A DNA stretch of 50,366 bases from Candidatus Aquidulcis sp. (GTDB lineage Bacteria; Chloroflexota; Limnocylindria; Limnocylindrales; Limnocylindraceae): positions 1 to 50,366 of the forward strand of contig QWRK01000002.1 in assembly GCA_003670455.1 (NCBI GenBank), read 5' to 3'. The position numbers and the translations under genes were made by a program. Shown here piece after piece: positions 44,984 through 50,366 of this stretch. Each line of letters begins with the position of its first letter. Position 1 is the first letter of the stretch. The notes beneath the pieces are model-generated. The model was given only the letters and a program-made list of their open reading frames with translations, did no database searches and was not told the DNA's origin.

Positions 44984-47319
44984 AGCGGGCAGGAGGACGG
45001 CCGTACGACGAGCGCTCCCTGGTGCGCCTCGAGTGGGCTGCACTCCTTGAGATCCTCTCCGAAGCATGTGCCTTTGCCCCGTCTCGTACGCTTGCTACGG
45101 AGCTCCGTCCCACAGACCGCGGCGGGAGCCTTCCAACCCTGCGGGCCCTTGGTCGTGAGATTGCGGAGCTACGGCGAGATGGGGGAGATCCACACATCGG
45201 CGGAGCGAGTGACTTGGAGCCAGCCGCAGAGCGCGGTGCGAAAGGGGGCACTCTGGATGGCTCTGCGCTCTTTGCGATCAGCGAGACGCTCCGCGTCGTT
45301 GAGCGCATCTCCAGCGATGTGGCTGGGTCAGGCCCAACGCTCAGCGCGCTTGGTGCCGCACTAGCCCCGCTCCGACCGCTGCGTAGTTCAATCGAACGTG
45401 CGATCGCTCCCGACGGCTCGATTCTTGATGCCGCATCACCGCTCCTTGGTGGGTTGCGCGCACTCCACCGAACCAGCCTAGAGCGACTCCGAACCCGGCT
45501 CGAGACGCTGGCCCATGCGAAGAACTACAGCCCCTACCTGCAAGAGCCGATCGTCACGGTGCGCAACGGTCGCTATGTGCTGCCAGTTCGCTCGGAGTGG
45601 AAGTCACGTGTTCCAGGGATCGTGCACGACGCCAGTGCGACCGGGCAAACAGTCTGGATCGAGCCCCTCGAGGTGGTTGATCTCGGGAATGCCGTGCGAG
45701 AGTCTGAGGCGGCTGTTGCGACGGAAGAGGCTCGAATTCTTGGAGCGCTCTCAGCGCTCGTTGGCGCCGACGCGGTAGCTCTCCGATCCAATGGTGAACT
45801 CCTCGCACTCTTCGATCTCGCACGCGCAGTTGCCGATACAGCTCGTGATCGGAACTGGCTCTATGCCGACGATGCCCCAGATGGGGACCTACGACTAACG
45901 GAGGCGAGCCACCCACTCCTCACACCCCCAGTAGTGCCGATGAGCTTGCACCTTGACGTTGAGCGCCGCGTGCTTGTGATCACGGGACCTAACACGGGCG
46001 GCAAGACGGTGGCACTGAAGGCGGTCGGCCTGCTTACGGCGATGCATCACGCCGGCCTACCGATTCCGAGCGGGTTCGGGTCAGCGGTGCCCCAAACGGG
46101 GAACGTCTGGGCCGACATTGGTGATGATCAATCCATTGCACAGAGCCTCAGCACCTTCTCTGGTCACCTCACCTCAATTCAGCGCATCCTGCTTGGAGCG
46201 GTCTCCGGCGACGTCGTGCTCCTCGACGAGGCTGGGGCGGGGACCGATCCAGCGGAGGGGGCTGCGCTCGCGGCCGCCATCATTGACGAGCTCCGACTCC
46301 GAGGTTGTCGCGTGTTGGCCACGAGCCACTATGCAGAACTCAAGCAGTACGCGCATGTCACACCAGGTGTGGTCAACGGCTCTGTGGCATTTGATCTCGC
46401 AACCCTTGCGCCAACCTATCGCCTCGAAGTTGGTGCGCCAGGAGGATCCCAGGCGTTTGCGATCGCGGCACGTCTCGGTTTGCCGCAGGCGCTCCTAGAT
46501 GCCGCGCAGGCGCGCCGGAGCGACCAAGGGGCCACACTCGATGCCGCGCTCGCTGCCGCGGCGGAGGCCGAGCGAGCGGCGCGCGACGCACGCCAGGTGG
46601 CGGAGGGGCTGCAGGAGCGTGCAGCGGACTCACTGGCGCAAGCTGTTGAACTTCGCCGGGCGACGGAGCGAGGGGCGCTTGAAGCACGACAAACCGCAAC
46701 AGCAGAGGCACGGGAGGCCGCAGCATCAATTCTGCTGCGCGTTGAGCAGCTGCGAGCAGCACTTGAGTCGGGCAGCCTCACACCAGAGGCTCTCGCGGTC
46801 GCAACTGATCTACAGCAGGCAGTAGCTGCTGGCGCAGCCGCGTCACTGACCGATGAGCAAGACGCGAGCGGAGGACCATCCTCTTCGGCGCTGCTGGCGT
46901 CCATTGGGAGTGATGTGGTGCTTCGTTCGGGTGCGCGCGGCACGCTTCTTGCCGTCGATGGAGCCAGTGCAACAGTTGCGCTCGGCCGCATGCGCAGCTC
47001 AATGCCGGTCGCAGAGATCAGCAAGATCCTTGCGCCAGCCAAGTCAACCCCGCACTCTGCAGTCCGCTCGGCTGGATCCTTGGCCGCGGCCAAGCTCGAT
47101 CTCCGTGGCGCTCGCGTTGAGGATGCCCTGGCAGCGCTTGAGGCACGAATTAGCGCCGTGCTACTTGCAGGCGGCGATCAGCTGGAAATCATTCACGGCG
47201 TTGGGACTGGCGCATTACGCGACGCGGTTCGTCGCAAGCTGCGAGAACTACCTGAGGTCCGCGAGGTGCGTACGGCTGATGAGCCTGGCCGTGAAGGGGT
47301 AACTCTCGCGCTCTTGTAG
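44980..47319 (+). CDS. mutS2: endonuclease MutS2 (MutS domain V ATPase plus C-terminal Smr)
   Basis: VITGPNTGGKTVALK Walker A, STFSGHL, LLDEAGAGTDP, long coiled coil, and Smr tail LDLRGARVEDAL...IIHGVGTGALR. Confidence 0.93.
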   Translation: MKRAGGRPYDERSLVRLEWAALLEILSEACAFAPSRTLATELRPTDRGGSLPTLRALGREIAELRRDGGDPHIGGASDLEPAAERGAKGGTLDGSALFAISETLRVVERISSDVAGSGPTLSALGAALAPLRPLRSSIERAIAPDGSILDAASPLLGGLRALHRTSLERLRTRLETLAHAKNYSPYLQEPIVTVRNGRYVLPVRSEWKSRVPGIVHDASATGQTVWIEPLEVVDLGNAVRESEAAVATEEARILGALSALVGADAVALRSNGELLALFDLARAVADTARDRNWLYADDAPDGDLRLTEASHPLLTPPVVPMSLHLDVERRVLVITGPNTGGKTVALKAVGLLTAMHHAGLPIPSGFGSAVPQTGNVWADIGDDQSIAQSLSTFSGHLTSIQRILLGAVSGDVVLLDEAGAGTDPAEGAALAAAIIDELRLRGCRVLATSHYAELKQYAHVTPGVVNGSVAFDLATLAPTYRLEVGAPGGSQAFAIAARLGLPQALLDAAQARRSDQGATLDAALAAAAEAERAARDARQVAEGLQERAADSLAQAVELRRATERGALEARQTATAEAREAAASILLRVEQLRAALESGSLTPEALAVATDLQQAVAAGAAASLTDEQDASGGPSSSALLASIGSDVVLRSGARGTLLAVDGASATVALGRMRSSMPVAEISKILAPAKSTPHSAVRSAGSLAAAKLDLRGARVEDALAALEARISAVLLAGGDQLEIIHGVGTGALRDAVRRKLRELPEVREVRTADEPGREGVTLALL

Positions 47320-47327
47320 AGCGAATG

Positions 47328-49907
47328 CTACGGAGAGGTACTCGGTGTTGGTGATGGCGTTGGCGAAGGACTGGCTGTCGCTGAGAGGCAGGAGAGGGTA
47401 GGGGCGATCGTTCCACCCCATGTGGCGCCATTCGGCTGCCAGAACGGTGCGTAGAAGTAGGCTGTCTTGCCCCCTCGAACTCCACCGACAATGCCCGCAC
47501 CGAGCCGTGCCCGCTCAATCCACTCAAGGTTCGCAGCCTGCCACTTCGGCCACTGCGCCTCCAGCGAACTCAAGTCGAGATAGTTCGCTTCGATGCGAGT
47601 GCCTAAGCAACCATCAGCCCAGAGGAGCCCGGTAGCGCTATCGATGGCAAGAAGGCGCGTAGTGCTGCAGGAGGTCGTTGGAGCGGTCCCAGGCAAGAAG
47701 TATTCGCTGGTGGTGAGCGTGGTGCAGGCGCCGGGAAGCTCCCCTGTATGCGCATCAATCGTGACCTGCTCAAGGCCAGTCGGGGTGGCGAAGTTTGCGA
47801 CTGGGAGCTTGGATGAGATTTCGGTGAAATACGACTGCCAGAGGCCACCTGCCGAATCGAGGGAGTAGACCGTAGCGGGGGTGGAGTCGGAGTTACCCAT
47901 CCATGCTCCGGTGACGAGGTGCTGCGCTGTCGGATCCGTGGGTGCAGCGAGGTACCCGAACGCAGCGAGGTCCTTAGTGCCATCAGTGGTGCCTGTCTTG
48001 AACGCTGCTGGGCGGCGCTTCCCTCCGCTAGCAATAATCTTTCGCTTCGACCATGGGCGGTTGACGGCCGGATCCGTATTGCCAGCGATGATGTTGGTCA
48101 TTAGCTCAGCAGTGTCTTTGGCAAACGCCTGGTAGGCGCTTTCTACTGGGGCAGGGGCCTCCCAGATCACTTCACCATCACGATTCTCAATGCGCAGGAT
48201 GTAGCGGCGGTCAACCTTTGTGCCATCGTTCGCGAGGGCGCCGTAGGCGGAGAGTAGGTCAACATAGCGAACCTCGAGGGTGCCAATTGCGAGTGAGGCA
48301 CCCGCAACATTCTCACTATTGTTCTGGAACTTGAATCCACTGTCGCGCATCTGGCGCCAGACGCGATCCTGACCCGCGCGAATGACGGCTTTGATCGCTG
48401 GAACGTTCAGCGAACCTTGCAGGGCCTGTCGCATGCGCACTGGACCATGCTCACTCCCCTCAGAGCTCGCGGGGGTCCACCCTTGACCGAAGTCAACAGG
48501 TACATCCATGAGAATCGTTGCAGGGGTAACGGCGCGGTTCTCCAGGGCGTAGGCGTAGGTGATCGGTTTAATGGAGCTTCCTGGCTGTCGGTATCCGCTC
48601 AGCACGTCATATTCAGGCTGGAACACGGTGCCGTCTGCCTCTCCGTAGTAGTCCGCCGAACCGGCATAGGCGAGGATCTCGCCTGTTCGCGCATCTAGCG
48701 TTGCGACGGCAGCGTTGTTGATTTCAAGTCCGTGGATCGTCTTCAACCAGTTGGTCGTCTTGACGCCGATGCTCTTCAGATACGCCTGGTACTCCTTGAT
48801 CTGTGTAGAACGAACAGCAAGCACCCACTTCTCGGCGGCCTGCTGCATCTCCCAGTCGAGCGAGGAGATGACCTTGTAGCCGCCGGTATCCAACTGCTGC
48901 TGACACCCTTCGGTGTCTGTGCAGAGAATTCCCACGAGGAAGTCGCGTACTCGGTTCACAAAGTGCGGTGCGCTCATTTTCTCCAGCGGGGAGGTGATCA
49001 GGATGATCTCTTCAGTTCGCGCCGCTTCAATCTCCGCGTCGGTGATCGTGGCGGTCTCCTGCGGAATGCCGCTCGCTCGGGCGGACTTCAAGAGGTCGAG
49101 CACGACACTGCGTCGCTTTGCCACTGCAGAGTCGAGAGGGACTCGGATAACTCCGTCCTCGCCGACAACCGCGTTTTCACGCAGGTCGTAGGTGCTTGGC
49201 GCTTGGGGGATGGCCGCGAGGAGCGCAGCCTCGCCGAGGGTGAGTTGGTCGAGCGTCTTGCCAAAGTACTGCTGTGAGGCCGTCAGAATGCCGTACGAGC
49301 GCGAGCCGTAGTAGTTGTTATTGAGGTATTTGGCGATGACCTTCTCTTTACCAACTCGCCCCGGGAACTCCTTCGTGAGGCGGATCGCCTGGATGATCTC
49401 TTTCACCTTGCGCTCGTAGACGCTCCCTGCGAAGGCTGAGTCGGGGAGGAGCACGCTGCGGACGAGCTGCTGGGTAATGGTCGAGCCACCTCGACCTGAG
49501 CCGCCCAAGGTGTCGAGTGCGGCCGCTACGAATCCGAGCGGGTCAAAGCCGGAATTCTCCCAATAGGTCTTGTCCTCGATGGCGGTGGTGGTGTCGAGAA
49601 CAATGCTGGGGATATTGGCGAAGTCCACCTCGGTGCGCCGATCGGAGCCGAATGCGGCCAGCTGCACGGTGCCCGTCCGGTCATAGACCGTGGTGTTCTG
49701 GTTCAAAACGATGGTGTCGAGGTCCTTCGGGTCGGGGAGATCAGAGACCACGGCGCTATAGATCGCGATGGTGCCGCCATAGGCGATCGCGGCGATCAGT
49801 AAGCACGCACCGAGGAGGGCAACTGGCAGGAGGGCGAAGAGCCCCCCAAGTAGGCGTTTTCGGGGGCGGCCGTTCCGCTGGGTTGAGTTTCCCGAGGCCA
49901 TGTTCAT
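47328..49907 (-). CDS. class A penicillin-binding protein (PBP1A-type transglycosylase/transpeptidase) with a Cys-containing C-terminal domain and PSTP tail
   Basis: TM anchor. GT51 motifs EDKTYWENSGFD, GGSTITQQL, RKVKE, YLNNNYYG. Transpeptidase motifs SSIKP (SxxK), SLN and KTGTT. C-terminus ...SPSPTPSPTPSTSP. Confidence 0.92.
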   Translation of the reverse strand: MNMASGNSTQRNGRPRKRLLGGLFALLPVALLGACLLIAAIAYGGTIAIYSAVVSDLPDPKDLDTIVLNQNTTVYDRTGTVQLAAFGSDRRTEVDFANIPSIVLDTTTAIEDKTYWENSGFDPLGFVAAALDTLGGSGRGGSTITQQLVRSVLLPDSAFAGSVYERKVKEIIQAIRLTKEFPGRVGKEKVIAKYLNNNYYGSRSYGILTASQQYFGKTLDQLTLGEAALLAAIPQAPSTYDLRENAVVGEDGVIRVPLDSAVAKRRSVVLDLLKSARASGIPQETATITDAEIEAARTEEIILITSPLEKMSAPHFVNRVRDFLVGILCTDTEGCQQQLDTGGYKVISSLDWEMQQAAEKWVLAVRSTQIKEYQAYLKSIGVKTTNWLKTIHGLEINNAAVATLDARTGEILAYAGSADYYGEADGTVFQPEYDVLSGYRQPGSSIKPITYAYALENRAVTPATILMDVPVDFGQGWTPASSEGSEHGPVRMRQALQGSLNVPAIKAVIRAGQDRVWRQMRDSGFKFQNNSENVAGASLAIGTLEVRYVDLLSAYGALANDGTKVDRRYILRIENRDGEVIWEAPAPVESAYQAFAKDTAELMTNIIAGNTDPAVNRPWSKRKIIASGGKRRPAAFKTGTTDGTKDLAAFGYLAAPTDPTAQHLVTGAWMGNSDSTPATVYSLDSAGGLWQSYFTEISSKLPVANFATPTGLEQVTIDAHTGELPGACTTLTTSEYFLPGTAPTTSCSTTRLLAIDSATGLLWADGCLGTRIEANYLDLSSLEAQWPKWQAANLEWIERARLGAGIVGGVRGGKTAYFYAPFWQPNGATWGGTIAPTLSCLSATASPSPTPSPTPSTSP

Positions 49908-49931
49908 CGCTATGAAGGTAGCATAGGGCGC

Positions 49932-50366
49932 ATGGCGAACCCTGTGACCTCAGAGCTCCTCCGCGACTTCACTGAGCGCGGTCTCGTCCACGACGTCACC
50001 GCAGGGCTCGATCAGCGCCTTGTTGCTGACCCTGCAATCAGCGCCTATATCGGCTTCGATCCGAGCGCCGATTCCCTCCATGTTGGCCACCTGATGGGTG
50101 TCCTTGCGCTACGCCGACTCCAACTGCACGGCGGCCGCCCAGTCGCCCTCGTTGGGGGCGGGACCGGCATGATCGGCGACCCTTCAGGGCGATCGGCTGA
50201 ACGCAACCTTCTCGATCGGGCGACGCTTGACCACAATCGTGCTGCGATTGGCGCTCAGCTCGCGAATCTCGTCGACTTCTCGGGGAAGAGCGGCGCGTTG
50301 CTGCTCGACAACCTCAGTTGGCTTGGCGATCTCGGGTTGATTGATTTCCTGCGCGACACGGGGAAG
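49932..50366 (+). CDS. tyrS: tyrosyl-tRNA synthetase, N-terminal fragment (3' end outside window)
   Basis: Not in the ORF track because there is no stop in the window. ATG 49932 gives MANPVTSELLRDFTERGLVHDVT...YIGFDPSADSLHVGHL (HIGH motif)...GGGTGMIGDPSGRSAER. Confidence 0.9.
   Translation, partial: MANPVTSELLRDFTERGLVHDVTAGLDQRLVADPAISAYIGFDPSADSLHVGHLMGVLALRRLQLHGGRPVALVGGGTGMIGDPSGRSAERNLLDRATLDHNRAAIGAQLANLVDFSGKSGALLLDNLSWLGDLGLIDFLRDTGK

Noticed and set aside
47328-47400. Short GGTG/GGCG-type periodic DNA at the 3' end of the PBP gene as a tandem-repeat element
   Set aside because: It is simply the coding sequence of the SPSPTPSPTPSTSP tail on the minus strand. It is not an independent repeat feature.
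1-50366. CRISPR arrays, insertion sequences, prophage or defence-system genes
   Set aside because: Reading the window on both strands, I saw no spaced direct-repeat array, terminal inverted repeats flanking a transposase-like ORF, or nuclease/ATPase/methylase-type accessory genes. Essentially every sizeable ORF is assignable to a housekeeping family or is one of the few hypotheticals listed.

Overview
High-GC bacterial chromosomal window, very tightly packed and about 90% core housekeeping genes. From 912 to 26388 nearly every gene is on the + strand: typA, cysteine desulfurase/mnmA, alaS, ruvX, mltG, efp, xseAB, dxs, nadK, recN, xerD, scpAB, rluB, cmk, plsC, ispH, der, gpsA. Many junctions are 1- or 4-nt stop/start overlaps. 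A second block holds thrS-infC-rpmI-rplT-pheST-cvpA-mutS2, then a divergent PBP1A/tyrS pair. Three tRNA genes, Pro-GGG, Arg-CCT and Val-GAC, sit at strand-switch boundaries. I saw no CRISPR array, transposase, integrase or phage gene. The one clearly accessory locus is 26.4-30.1 kb. It has a type-1 rhodopsin on the minus strand with a proteorhodopsin/xanthorhodopsin-like DTE proton-pump motif and a Gly at the carotenoid-fenestration position. An unusually AT-rich intergenic region full of dyad repeats separates it from a divergent, translationally coupled operon. That operon encodes a DUF4332-like protein, a TIGR01906/Lit-like membrane protein, and one 516-aa ORF that fuses two lycopene-cyclase half-domains to a CrtEb-type lycopene elongase. 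This reads as a predicted one-polypeptide cyclic C50 carotenoid module next to an antenna-competent rhodopsin. No blh/brp or crtE/B/I is visible in the window. Smaller oddities: xseA has no canonical start codon (CTG overlapping the efp stop), infC starts at ATT, PsuG carries a 68-aa N-terminal extension, ThrRS lacks most of the TGS domain, and 24 bp separate the divergent PBP1A and tyrS start codons. All calls come from reading the translations and sequence by eye; no searches were run.
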